64,000 bases of DNA. It comes from Eledone cirrhosa. Taxonomy: Eukaryota. Within the stretch, counting starts at the first letter, position 1, and every line of letters starts with the position of its first letter. This document shows positions 36,814 through 49,580 of the stretch, piece after piece. The stretch spans positions 87,420,001-87,484,000 of the forward strand of contig OZ024744.1 of assembly GCA_964016885.1 (NCBI GenBank), written 5' to 3'. The position numbers were made by a program, and so were the translations under genes. The notes under the pieces were generated by a model. The model made no database searches, had not been told where the DNA came from, and was given only the letters and a program-made list of their open reading frames with translations.

Positions 36814-39352
36814 ATTTCCTTTATTAGCCACAAGGGCCGCCATGTAGGGGACAATACAAAGACAGGGACAGTGGGGGTTTACAATAAGGTCGAGTAAAAG
36901 TGCACAATGGCACGACTAATTTAACAATGAAGATATAAATATATAAAATAAACTATGAATAAATATAACAAAATAAATTCCCCGATAGGGGGTGGACGAC
37001 CTTGGGGTGACTCGGGTACCCCACCAATCCTGAATCACCCTGCGCTTCTAGAGCACCCAGGGAGAGCACCCCTCTCCTCAAGTTGGCTAGCCTATAGGTG
37101 CATGACCAGAGAAGGCCCATTCACACGAGCCATTCTCGCCACATTCATCCACCTTTTAGCAAATGTACTGAGGGGCAGCACTTCTCTCTCCACCCTCACC
37201 TTCCTTTCGAGGTGAAACTTGAAGAAGTTGATGAGGGATTGGCCGAAGAGAAAAGTGTCTGTCTTCAGTCCTTTTAACCTGGTCCACCATATAACCTCTT
37301 TCGCAAATGCCACCAGACAGAGGAAAATTTCCTGCTCTTCCTGACCTAAGGAAGGCGGCGAGTCGATCTTCACTATGGACTCGGCCGATAGCCAGATTCG
37401 TTCCACACGCGACAGTAGCTGTTCGACATAACTCCACAAGTCAGTAATGCACGGACATTGGACAAGTGCGTGCAGAACGGTTTCGTCGTTCTGTGCGCAT
37501 CTTGGGCAGGTCCGTCTGACACCACTTCCGTGCCTGTAGTGTTTATCCCGAACCGGCAGTGCCCCCCGGTAACACTGCCAAGCGAGGGATTTCTGGAAAT
37601 TGTCCATCGTCCCCGGCTCAAAAGTACTCCGGTACAGACTTGTCAGTTCGACTTGGTCGAGGCCCAAAGCTTCTCCGAGTGCGTTATCGCATTGCCCACC
37701 ACTAATCACCTATAGAACTCGAGAGTGGAAGTTCCACTGATCGCAGTGACCGCTTGGTAGAGGGCAGTGAGTGCCTGACAACATTCCAGGTGCCAGTCAC
37801 CCAGTCTCGGTCTCTTCTTGACCCAGGACTGCAGCACAGTCAAAGAAATGAGCTGCGGAAAGGCCGGTCTGATAAACGGCGACCAAACCTGCTCACCGTT
37901 GAGGCAGAATATCTGGAGATGTAGCAGCCTCAACGCATGTCTGCGCATCAATAGCCACGGCCTTCCCAGCCCTCCGCGTAGAGGGTGCAGTAATTGGTTG
38001 TACAAGTTAAATTGTTTCTACTTTAGGCACAAGGCCAGCAATTAACCAGTACATTATTGGTACTTTATTTTATCGACCCCGTAAGGATGAAAGGCAAAGT
38101 TAACCTCGGCGGGATAATGCTGTGTAGTGTGTATCGTTTTGGTTGTTTTGTTTTGTTAGCGTTTGTTGTGGGCTTGTTTCTGTTTCGCTTTTTGGTGACT
38201 TTTGTGGTGTTGGTGATGGTGGTGTTGGGGTTAATGATGGTGATGGTGTTGGTATTTGTGGTGATGGGGTTGGTGATGCTGGTGTGGATGGTGGCATATC
38301 TGTCCTAATTTTTTTGTTTGATAGTTTATTTGTTTCCCTCTGTATTTTGTTTTTGAAGGGGGAAGGAAGGGGATTTTTTCTTTTTTGGCTTCTTATTCTT
38401 TTCTCCTGATACCGTTTCCCACTCCTCGTCGTCACAATCTGTCTCCAGTTGCGATAAGTCGAGGAGTGGAAAATCCTCAACAGGCGTTGGTTTTAGTTGT
38501 GGCGTAGTGGAGGGTGTAGGCGCTGATGCTAGTTCTGGCGCGTTGGTTGGTGGTGGTGTTGGTTTTGCTACTGTTACTGGGGTTGTTGCTGTGACAGTTG
38601 CTTCTGTTGTTGCTGCTACAGTTGTTGCTGCAATCTTTGCTACTGGTGGTGTTGATGGTTGAGTCACTGGGGTGGGTAAGAGAGGTGGCCTCAACCTTTT
38701 AGCCTGAGGGCAGAAAGCCCTTAGGTGGGTTCCTTCACCAACAACGACACACCTAGGACTTCTGCCCTCGACGATTACGGTGAGGTGGCTGCCGACAGTG
38801 AGGTCTATTACCTCTGGGATCTCCTCAATGCCTTTTTGGTCCGCTTGGATCAGGAGCTCCATCCCAGATCCGGACCATTTCTCCTGCTTTTCTTTCGCTA
38901 TTTCGAAGGACGGCAGCCATTAGCCAGGGAATTTCGATGGCCGGTGGAACGTCGGTCACCCTGATCTTCACGAGTCTCTGGCTACAATAGCTTGGAACGC
39001 GTGTGAAGTCGTCAATTCTTAATGGGGCCATGGAGTGTTCTCTAGCCTCCTGTGGTATTTCACAGAACACGTCCACAGTTCCATATTTCTGCCCACGTCT
39101 GATGTGGGTTTTTTTTGCCCACACATGTCCCAAAGCTTTTTGGATTTGGGACTCGGGTGCCCGTTCCACTCGGCGCGATTTTATGTTAATCGTCCGATAT
39201 GACACGGTGCATAGGCGCCGATGCTCCATTTTATTAAGTGGTGGGGTGGGTGGGGGTGAGGCTGACCCTGTACCCATCTTTCTTTACCACTTGTTTGGCT
39301 TCTTCTAATTCCTCCTGAGTTACCTGGAATGCTTCGCACTTTTTTGCTACTC
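36814..39352 (-). mobile_element. Tx1/L1-like LINE lacking APE and RT core (ORF1 plus ORF2 C-terminus)
   Basis: ORF1 fragments 38326-39277 with a degenerate zinc knuckle (HLRAFCP). ORF2 C-terminus CPRCAQNDETVLHALVQC. 3' end ..tgtggctAATAAA..(ATT)n. Confidence 0.85.
38008..38116 (-). mobile_element. OR2-like SINE 3' half at the LINE deletion junction
   Basis: Matches the SINE core and tail. Confidence 0.85.
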
Positions 39353-39984
39353 TGGACACTACGGCTTAATACGGGATGTTTGTTTACAAACACACCGAGC
39401 ATTATAATAAATTTTCGGTGAATCCATGCGTGCATATGTATATGTGTGCATGTATGTATATATATAAACATACTGCTGTGCGTCTGAATACATATATGTA
39501 TGTACGTGTACATACTTATATTTAAGTAACAGCCGTACTAAGAGTGGGAAATGAAATTTCGTTTCATTTTTTCCGTTTATCGTTTTCGGTGCACCAGGCC
39601 GATTAACCCACTCGATATGCAATTTGGGCTACTCAGCCGTTAATATGCATAAGTTAAGTATATACGTTCAACAATCTGGCAGGAAGGTATACGTTGCTGA
39701 TGATAGCTAATAAGCTTGAAACTAGTACAGCGTTCCATTGTCAGTATTGAACAAACGAGCAACGATGGTTGCTGGACACTGCGGCTTAATACGGGATGTT
39801 TGTTTACAAACACACCGAGCATTATCATAAATGTTCGTTGAATCCATGCGTGCATATGTATATGTGTGCATGTATGTATATATATATATATATACACACT
39901 GCTGTACGTCTATATACATAAATGAATGTACGTGTACATACTTATATTTAAGTTACAGCCATACTAAGAGTGGGAAATGAAATT
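39353..39984 (+). mobile_element. Family A tandem array, ~1.5 units, period ~420 nt
   Basis: ggacact(a/g)cggcttaatacgggatg at ~39354 and ~39774. Seamless head-to-tail junction. Confidence 0.9.
39691..39733 (+). ncRNA. Minimal type I hammerhead (family A)
   Basis: acgttg-CTGATGA-t-AGCT-aata-AGCT-t-GAAA-ctag-TA-cagcgt. Confidence 0.85.
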
Positions 39985-40019
39985 TCGTTTCATTTTTTCC
40001 GTTCATATATATATGCCTA

Positions 40020-40560
40020 TGTCGGGTCACTCTTGAGTGCTACTGGTAACATGTCACCCAGTACAACCTGTTGCATGGTCGGGTCGTCGGCGACTAAAAC
40101 AGCAGCCCCACCAAGTTTTCTTGGTGAGGAGGGTGATTTTGGACACCCTGAAGGACAAAAGACAAAATCTGACAAAGGGCAGAAGAACTCATAAGAGACA
40201 ACAGCCATCCAAATGTGTGTAAATACGTATATACACATGTACATATGTATATATATATGTATATACATGGGTGCATGTGTATGTATATGCGCGGGGACAT
40301 AGAAAAGTCGCACTGGACACCCGATCGCTTCGTTAAAACACTGTACTGAAGGACCCCTAGCCTTTGTCAGGGCATTCTTCTAGGAGAAGGCAACTCAGGA
40401 AACGTGGATAACTCCGATATAAAACCTGCGGCTCAGTAGTTACCAATGATATTGATCTTTTCTTCTCTTCGGGTTATAGCTACTGTCGCTCAGAGAGTGG
40501 GATTGGCTCAGTGCACAGTCTTTCCTCACTTTTAAAAATATCTTCACACACAGGCATTGC
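40020..40560 (+). mobile_element. Diverged family R relative, interrupted by a simple-repeat insert
   Basis: Shares 5' blocks with 8982 and 31527. Confidence 0.7.
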
Positions 40561-40648
40561 ACGATAGAATTAATTAATAATTATTAATAATGGTATTACA
40601 TGCAATGTCCATACTGGATAATGAGAGAGGCCAGCCATCATATATATA

Positions 40649-40717
<69 letters not shown>

Positions 40718-40834
40718 GTACTTAAACACCATTTGTACCTTTGAAATATGTATAATAAAATATATATTTTGATTATGAGAAATTTTTTCATTTATTAATA
40801 TTTGGAATGATATATGTATATATATATATATAGA

Positions 40835-41010
40835 ATAGAAAACGAACAATCAGTGATGCATCTGAACTCAGTTTATTGTGTGTTACAATTGTTTACCCGG
40901 CGGACAGCTCGAGACGCGATCATTGTGTGGGTCTGTCTGATTCTGGACCCGCAGCTTCGACGGACACGTCTAATGATTTTGGAGCATATTCTCTCACTGG
41001 GGTATCTGAT
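40835..41010 (-). mobile_element. Family L copy with a decayed HHR (40880-40967)
   Basis: Minus strand gtgt-CCGTCGA...TAAAC-AATT-GTA-acac-acAATAAA. Confidence 0.65.
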
Positions 41011-41058
41011 AAATATATATTACACATACAGATGTGTTTGTGTGTATGTGTGTGTGTG

Positions 41059-41127
<69 letters not shown>

Positions 41128-41172
41128 TGTGTGTCTGTGTCTGTGTGCGCGCGCGTGTGCGTGTGCGTGTGC

Positions 41173-41203
<31 letters not shown>

Positions 41204-41641
41204 CATGTGTGCATGTATATGTGTGTTTGGGTGCGTGTGTACATGAGATGCATCCATGAGATAAAAGAAAAGAATTGATTTGAAAATATAGCCCGAACTA
41301 AACAAGGATATTATAAGCTATCTATGCTTGGATGGTAGTGATGTGTGACCTATAAAATCATCACTTCAATATCTCTTTAATCTTTTTTTTTATTCTTATT
41401 TTTTTTTTTTTTTTGGCACTTCCCGCTCCTCCCATTTTAACCACCGTTGTCTGCTCCACAACCGACAACAACACCATAAAAGGAACCCTCAGGCCAGCAC
41501 TGTCGCCGTTCCGACTGCGCCAACAAGTAGGATTTTAGTCGGATCAATTTAACATGCCCATAAGTCAAGTTCACGTGGTCCGTGTAAACATTCAGTAAGA
41601 TAACCACCTTAGATTAGATCAGTTGCTACTGCTGTTACTGA

Positions 41642-41697
<56 letters not shown>

Positions 41698-41933
41698 TTA
41701 AGTCGTTTGGAAGCCTCGACAATGCAAATGGGTAAATCTCCGGGTAACAAGGTCCGGTGGTGGAGAGAGAGAGAGATGTAAGTGGGTGTACGTTGAGATG
41801 CGTGGTGTGTATAAGATGTGTGAGATGTGTAGAATGAAGGGAAGAGTATAAAAGAATAAAATAAAAATAACAACACAAGAGAGAGTTACCTTGGGAGACA
41901 TATATATATATATATGTGAAAAAATGGGGAGAA

Positions 41934-41975
<42 letters not shown>

Positions 41976-42076
41976 ATAAGGGTTAACGGACCCAGCATAT
42001 TTATCAATGCCAGTACCGGTTGTATCTCAGCGAACTCCATGAGCAATGTAAGATACATTACCATAATATATATATA

Positions 42077-42149
<73 letters not shown>

Positions 42150-42172
42150 AATGAAGTAATTCCGTCGGAATA

Positions 42173-42209
<37 letters not shown>

Positions 42210-42213
<4 letters not shown>

Positions 42214-42364
42214 ATAATAATAAATTTGAAGACTAAACTCCGAAGAGGGCTCGATAAGGAGATAAATATATATCAAATATATAAGACCCGTAGAGCAAAT
42301 ATTTAGTTTCAGAAGATCCCGTTAAGGGTGAAAGCAGCGATTCTTTGCTTAAACTTTAATCTGT

Positions 42365-42368
<4 letters not shown>
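42210..42368. mobile_element. Head-to-head pair of family C pLTR fragments; HHR-like motif at 42305-42355 (+)
   Basis: Left part matches the reverse complement of ~27990-28065. Right part is identical to 27919-27981. Confidence 0.8.
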
Positions 42369-42435
<67 letters not shown>

Positions 42436-42634
42436 TTATATATATATATACATATATATACGATATTAAATAAATGGAAACTATATATTTAATATCGTAT
42501 TACTACTCCAAAATCTTGTCGAGTGCTTTATATCAGTTATAAAATATTTACTTGTTGTATCCCAACAATTTTAAATGGAACTTTTGCATATATATATATA
42601 TTTATATTTATATATATATATATATACCGTACGG

Positions 42635-42693
<59 letters not shown>

Positions 42694-42695
<2 letters not shown>

Positions 42696-43060
42696 GTGGT
42701 GGTGTTGCTGTTGTGTCTGGTGGGACTAGTGGTGATTGTGGTGCTGCGTGTGGTGGTTGTGGTGGTGGTGTTGCTGCTGTGTCTGGTGGTGGTGCTGATG
42801 GTGGTGTTGGTGGTGTTGGTGGTGCTGGTGGTGGTGTTGGTGGTGTTGGTGGTGCTGGTGGTGGTGGTGCTTGTGGTGTGGTGGTGGTGGTGTGCTTGCT
42901 GGTGGTGCTGCTTGTGGTGGTGGTGGTGGTGGTGGTGGTTTTGGTGGCAGCCATGGGATTTTTGTAAAGGTGGAGGTGGAGTTGGTGATGTTGGTGATGT
43001 TGGTGGTGGTGGTGGTGGTGGTGGGGGTGATGTTGCTGGTGGTGGTGGTGGTGGTGGTGA

Positions 43061-43097
<37 letters not shown>

Positions 43098-43331
43098 GCT
43101 GGTGGGGGTGGGGGTGGTGATGTTGGTGGTGGTGGTGGTGGTGGTGGTGGTGGTGTTCATTATCATTGTCATGGTGCGTGCTTAGGATGATGGTGATGAT
43201 TATGATAACGATAATTTGTTGATGGAATTGATACTGATGATGATGGCGATGATGATGATGAATGATGGTGATGATGATGATGATGATGACAATGTTGATG
43301 ATGGTGATGATGATGATGACGATGATGATGA

Positions 43332-43402
<71 letters not shown>

Positions 43403-43870
43403 GATGATGATGACGATGATGATGATAATGATGATGATGATGATGATGATGACGATGATGATGGTGATAATGATGATGATGATGATGATGACGATGATGA
43501 TGGTGATGATGATGATGATGATGATGAGGTGTGTTGACAGTGTTGTCGATGACAACGGTTGTAATAGTTTGCATAAAAATGATGATGTCGATGATAATGA
43601 TGGTATTGGTGAGGGTAGTGATGATGATGGCTATGATGATGATCATGATGATGATGATGAGGAGGAGGATGAGCGGTCAGGAAGATGGAGAAGAAGAGGA
43701 GGAGGAGGAGGAGGAGGAGGAGAGAATGATGATGACGACGATGAGAAGGAGGAGGAGGAGGAGGAGGAGGAGGGGGAGGGGGAGAGGAGAGGAGGTGGAT
43801 GAATAGGATCGTGAAGATGATGTTCATGATGATAGTGTTGGTTGGGGTGATGGTGATGGTGATGGTGATG
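42694..43870. repeat. Compound trinucleotide low-complexity tract (GGT/GTT/GAT/GGA)
   Basis: Directly visible. Source of the long spurious ORFs here. Confidence 0.95.
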
Positions 43871-44241
43871 TTAAGAAAGCAAATAAAATATGTTCTATGA
43901 ATGTCTTTCGTGTCATCAACACCACCCACCATTGTTATCAATAGGACCGCAATCACTATCATTGTCATCGCTAACAAAGATTAGAATACCATCATCACTA
44001 TCATTAACACCACTATCATTATTGTCACCGCCGTCTTTCTCTCTCTGCCGTGATTTCGCTGAGGACAGACGTGGGATACCTAGCTGCGTTATATGGCCCT
44101 TCGGCTTAAACCCAAAGGCTTTTTTTTTAAAACTTGATCTCTATTCTCTCGGTTACTTATATACTCCCCACTTTTTTGTGACTCCTTACGTTCTAACACG
44201 CGTTATCAATAACCACACAGCCCCCTCCTGCCATCCATATT

Positions 44242-44269
<28 letters not shown>

Positions 44270-44272
<3 letters not shown>

Positions 44273-44453
44273 ATTTTTTCTATCTTAGGCACAAGGCCAG
44301 CAAATACCCAGTGCATTACTGGTACTTTATTTTATCGACCCCGTAAGGATGAAAGGCAAAGTCAACCTCGGCGGGATTTGAACTCAGATTGTAAAGGGAG
44401 GTAACTATGCTAGGAAAGCATGGCGTCCGACCCTCTACCGATACTGCCAATCC
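44270..44453 (-). mobile_element. OR2-like SINE
   Basis: Reverse complement of 58157-58345. Confidence 0.85.
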
Positions 44454-44801
44454 ATGAAATAATGTTGGCTTCTTGCTCACAATAATTTCCATACTTTTCA
44501 TTTATATATATATATATATATATATATGTACATGCATGGAAAAAATGAAATTTCATTTCTCACTCTTCGTACGGCTGATACTTCAATATAAGTATGTATA
44601 CGTACATACATATATGTATACAGAGGTACAGTTGTATGTATATACATACATACATGTACATATATATATATATATATGTACGTATGGGTGTACCGAACAT
44701 TTATTATAATGCTCGGTTTTTTTGTAAGCAAACAGCCCGTATTATTAGCCGTACAGTGTTCGGCAACCACCGTTGTCCTTTTGTTCAACACTGACAAATG
44801 A

Positions 44802-44844
44802 ACGATGAACTAGTTTCTAGCTTATTAGCTGTCATCAGCACCGT
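44802..44844 (-). ncRNA. Minimal type I hammerhead (family A)
   Basis: acggtg-CTGATGA-c-AGCT-aata-AGCT-a-GAAA-ctag-TT-catcgt. Confidence 0.85.
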
Positions 44845-45125
44845 ATAGCTTCCTGTCGGTCGATTGAACGTTTGAAAGTATATACTTTCCTTATGCATAT
44901 TAACCGCATACTGTATGTCTGTATACATATATTTATATACGTATACATACTTATATTTACGTATATATACTTATATTTAGAAAAGAAATTTCATTTTTTC
45001 CATTTATGCTTTTCGATACACCCGGCCGACTAACTCACTCGATATGCAAATTAGGCTGCTCAGCCGTTAATATGCATAAGGAAAGTATATACTTTCAAAT
45101 GTTCAATCGACTGACAGGAAGGTAT

Positions 45126-45168
45126 GTGGTGCTGATGACAGCTAATAAGCTAGAAACTAGTTCATCGT
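45126..45168 (+). ncRNA. Minimal type I hammerhead (family A)
   Basis: gtggtg-CTGATGA-c-AGCT-aata-AGCT-a-GAAA-ctag-TT-catcgt. Confidence 0.85.
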
Positions 45169-45638
45169 TCCTTTGTCAGTGTTGAACAAAAGGGCAACGA
45201 TGGTTGCCGAACACTGTACGACTTAATTCGGGATGTTTGTTTACAAACAAACCGAGCATTATAATAAATGTTCGGTAAACCGATACGTGCATATATATAT
45301 GAGTGCATGTATGTATAGAGATACATACTATTGCACGTCTGTATACATATATGTATGTACGTATACATACTTATATGGTGGATTGGCAGTATCGGTAGAG
45401 GGTTGGACCTCTATATGGGATAACAAAATTTCGTTATAGGTAATCCAGTTAGAGGTTATGAATACTTCGTATTATGGATAGTTTTAGCGTATAGCGTTGT
45501 TTGATTCAACAAGGGATTTACGTAGGTGGCGAGTTTATGATTTCACTTGTATTGCTATGTAAGTTTATCTTTGAGGAATAAAATCGAAAAAGTGAAGAAT
45601 AACATGGTCAACAGTACAAAAAAAGGGTTTTATTTACA

Positions 45639-45743
45639 ATCCGACAATTGTTTCACTGATTGAGTTGTCTAAAAATTGATGAACACTTGAAGCAGTGCCA
45701 TTCAATTTTAAATACGTTGTTAACCTAACCAGATCATCAGAGA

Positions 45744-45744
<1 letters not shown>
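45639..45744 (-). ncRNA. Type I hammerhead with long loop II (family X; element ~45415-45745)
   Basis: atct-CTGATGA-t-ctggtt...aatcag-t-GAAAC-AATT-GTC-ggat, then AATAAA. Confidence 0.8.
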
Positions 45745-45832
<88 letters not shown>

Positions 45833-46808
45833 TACATATATATATATATTGTGGTAACACTTGATAGAAATATCCAAGGTATAGACCATCTCACGTGCAC
45901 AGGTTTAAAGTTCACCCTCCTACAGGCATAATAGGATAGTGAAAGATTGCTCCGAAACAACCGGATTTCGTTTTCAGTTACCTTTTGTCTTTTTGTGGTA
46001 CTTTGGGCAGGTTTCTTCTGCCATGCACTTGGGTCGGGTAGACGAATGGTTTGTGAAGGAGAATTGGTAGACGAAAACTGCAGAATCGCGGCGTATAAAC
46101 AATATATATATATAGATAGATAGATAGATATATAGATAGATAGATAGATAGAAATAAATATACACGGGTGTGTATGATTGTGTATAGAAGATTATATTAA
46201 TAAAAGGAATTCCAACTTTGTCTGATTTACTCGTTTTATTTATAATCCTTTAAAATTATAATGATATTATAATGAAATAGTTTGGTAGAATATTAAATGT
46301 TAAGTGTTAATTGTACAAGTACTTTCATGCTTTCGCAATCTTCAGGTTCATATTCAGTGGTGACAGTCAAGTTTGCAATTTTCAACTGTAATGAGATGGG
46401 TAAAATCTGTGCCTTATATACAGTAAAAAGGGGCTACATAATGCTAAGTTTCGCAAACTGTATTTCGGCCAATCGGTGTGTAGTTTCACTAGATTACTAA
46501 AGCTGATTGGTTTAGGCGTCAGGGTTGGTTGAGCATGTCTAACGACTTCTATTTGATCTATCAAAAGCATCAATTGTTTTGCTATTTTTAGAAAAGATGA
46601 AAATAGCATTTTCTAGGGTTTTTATAAAAAATCTTCAGTAATCATCACCATCAACATCACTTTTATTATTGTTGTTGTTGTTGTTGTTAGTGTTGGTAGT
46701 CGACATGGTCGTAGGCGTAGTCATAGTAGGAGTAATACAGCTAAGCATTATTATTGTTCATTTAGCTTGGGTTGGAATTTATCAATAACATTCTTTTCTT
46801 TAAACACG

Positions 46809-46857
<49 letters not shown>

Positions 46858-46891
46858 ATGTGTATAAAGAGAGAGAGAAAGAAAGAGTGAT

Positions 46892-46976
<85 letters not shown>

Positions 46977-47419
46977 AGCGGAAGAGAGTAGGTTTAAACA
47001 GAGAGAAAAGAGAGATAGAATTGAGAGTGAAAGAAATTTGTTGATTATGTTGTGGCCAAATAAAAAAATAAAAATGAATATTGCTCGGTACCACTTTATA
47101 CTGGAACGTGAGTAGGGTTAGGGTTAGGGCGTTATCTATGTTGATTTATCCCCATTAATCTCACATTAATATCATAAATGCTCACATTCACTCACATTAA
47201 TATTATAAATACACATATTCACTCACACGCACACTCACACACGTATACGCGTATACTCTAACACATACATATTTCGGTATGTATATGCAAATAGCTTCAT
47301 GCGTTAAAATTCGTTATCCGTATATTTAATTATGTATGCGTATTTCTGTCTGTCAGATTGTTTGTATGTATGTTCGTATGTTTGTATGTATGTTTGCATA
47401 TATAGATATATGTATGTAT

Positions 47420-47458
<39 letters not shown>

Positions 47459-47462
<4 letters not shown>

Positions 47463-47536
47463 ACAGGGAGAAAGAGACGATTATAAGAAGAAAAATATAT
47501 TTTTCTTCCTAATAATCGTCTCTTTCTCCCTGTTTT

Positions 47537-47605
<69 letters not shown>

Positions 47606-47646
47606 ACAGGGAGAAAGAGACGATTATTAGGAAGAAAAATATATTT
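47459..47646. repeat. 80-bp palindrome plus a third copy of its arm across a (TA)n tract
   Basis: gaaaacagggagaaagagacgattat.. at 47459, inverted ending at ~47538, and again at 47602. Confidence 0.9.
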
Positions 47647-47659
47647 TTGTCCCTTTTTA

Positions 47660-48618
47660 TTTATTTCTCTCTTTTTTCTGGGTTAGAAAATGATTAAAAC
47701 GAAATGTTTTACTTTGTGTGAAGTGTTAAGGTATTAGTTGATTTATTTATTAATTAACAATGTCATTTATTTATCTATTTATATATTTAATAATTGTCTA
47801 TTACCGGTTTCAGCATTTTTATACATTATCAAATGATAGTGATATATATTGGTGTAGAATGGTGGTGTTGCACATGTTAAAGAAATGGTGCAGAAAGAAT
47901 AATGTTATTTACAAACAAAGTTTATGAAGTGAAAAGAAAAAAGAAAAAAGAAAAAAGAAAAAAGAAAAAAGAAAAAAGAAAAAAGAAAAAGAAAAAAGAA
48001 AAAAGAAAAAAGAAAAAAGAAAAAAGAAAAAAGAAAAAAGAAAAAAGAAAAAAGAAAAAAGAAAAAAGAAAAAAAGCTGCGTAATGTGGAGCATAAAAAA
48101 TCAATGTGAAAGAAAAAATAATGTTATTTACAGGCATAGTTCTTGAAGTTAAGCAGATCAAAATGTGTTAATATAGCAAGGGTGCTTAGTTGATGCATGA
48201 TTCCATGATGGAGGCAAATGGTGGTCTGGGGTTTTATATGATTTCCCTTTTTAGAGAGTTAATATGCAGGGGGAGGCAATTCATGCTGGATGATATTTAA
48301 TTTATTTAAGAAAAAAGATTATGTTGGGTACTTTAATTTATTTAAGAAAAATGATTAGGGAGGTAACTCTTGTAAATGTTTGATTGTTTGTTTCAGTTTT
48401 AGTTCGGTCCGAAGTTTGGTGCATTAAGTAGAGGTTGGAATTTGTTAATGAAATATGTTTCCTTATTGGTACAATGGATGAAAGTAGCGTTGTCTATGAA
48501 TTTGTAAATGGGGAACATTTTAAAGTCTGGATGTTGGTTGGGCACACAATTGGCGATATGTTCATTAAATGCAATCTTTCTTTATTCCTGTATTTTAATT
48601 TGTGATTTATGGACGATC

Positions 48619-48620
<2 letters not shown>
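47660..48620 (-). mobile_element. PLE 3' remnant (GIY-YIG C-terminus and 3' UTR with (TTTTTCT)n)
   Basis: 48399-48620 minus strand: MIVHKSQI...NEHIANC...FKMFPIYK...KETYFINKFQPLLN. Decayed HHR at ~47798-47835 (TTGATAA...GAAAC-CG-GTA). Confidence 0.7.
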
Positions 48621-48656
<36 letters not shown>

Positions 48657-48658
<2 letters not shown>

Positions 48659-49380
48659 CAGAATAATCAAAACTGTGTTCAAAGCATTTTATTGCTGACA
48701 ATCTTTTCGTCCAAACATTCGTTTGGAATCATCGGAGCATTGGCAAAGTTTAAACATATAATTAACCTCATATTCCACAGAACAATCGTCAGTGTTGTTA
48801 TTAACAGTGTCATATTTAAAGAGTGAAGATGATGTGATCAGTGTTAGTGGGTGTGACAAAGATTATAAAACAATTATAAAACAATTATAGAATAATTATG
48901 AAAGAAAGTTACTCGAGAAATTAGGACATTAGTGGTACATAGGTATACATATAGAAAGAGTGCAGACGTATTAGGCATGTACCTGAAATTAGACAGATCA
49001 CTCTAGAACAACTCGAACCCTTGATAAGATCGTAATAGGACCAATATACAATCCATAGTTGTATCTACTGATAAACATTTCCTAAAATATAACCAATGTA
49101 ATGGAAAGAAAAAGCTTGATATTAATACTCACAGCACATATACATTTGAACATTACCAGAACAATTATCACATTGCATCGACCATAAACTAACATAGAAA
49201 CTGCTTTTCCTACTCATGCATTCCTCACTTCTTAATATACTATTACACCTATATAATGTAATATATTTGCCAATATTGTGTTATACATGCTTAATACCAT
49301 TGCTTGTTCTTTTACCTTATTATTCTCTACATGCCTAATACCTCTGCACTCTTTCTATATGTATGCCTATGTACGATTGT
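48657..49380. mobile_element. Probable PLE-derived foldback element running into the gap
   Basis: 48933-48981 is the reverse complement of 49328-49374. The left arm carries the HHR. Confidence 0.6.
48693..48739 (-). ncRNA. Type I hammerhead-like motif with CCGAUGA core
   Basis: tgct-CCGATGA-t-TCCAAAC-gaat-GTTTGGA-c-GAAA-agatt-GTC-agca, overlapping AATAAA. Confidence 0.7.
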
Positions 49381-49580
49381 NNNNNNNNNNNNNNNNNNNN
49401 NNNNNNNNNNNNNNNNNNNNNNNNNNNNNNNNNNNNNNNNNNNNNNNNNNNNNNNNNNNNNNNNNNNNNNNNNNNNNNNNNNNNNNNNNNNNNNNNNNNN
49501 NNNNNNNNNNNNNNNNNNNNNNNNNNNNNNNNNNNNNNNNNNNNNNNNNNNNNNNNNNNNNNNNNNNNNNNNNNNNNNNN
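49381..49580. other. Assembly gap (200 N)
   Basis: Run of N. Confidence 1.

Larger units (their letters stand above)
44537..45375. mobile_element. Two family A copies head-to-head
   Basis: 44537-44905 is minus-sense and ~44940-45375 is plus-sense. Confidence 0.9.

Noticed and set aside
39340-39365. Tx1 5' end abutting family A as evidence of site-specific targeting
   Set aside because: No family A sequence or TSD at the LINE 3' end (~36814), and the other Tx1 copies lack this association.
42236-42262. ctcCGAAGA-gggctc-GATAA-ggag as an HHR
   Set aside because: Lies antisense to the family C HHR and lacks GAAA/UH.
42552-43977. 468-aa and neighbouring low-complexity ORFs
   Set aside because: Compound trinucleotide repeats open in several frames on both strands.
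46460-46515. Two opposed CCAAT boxes as a promoter
   Set aside because: Short motifs with no associated exon or ORF.
47119-47130. TTAGGG repeats
   Set aside because: Only about two units, which is not a telomeric array.
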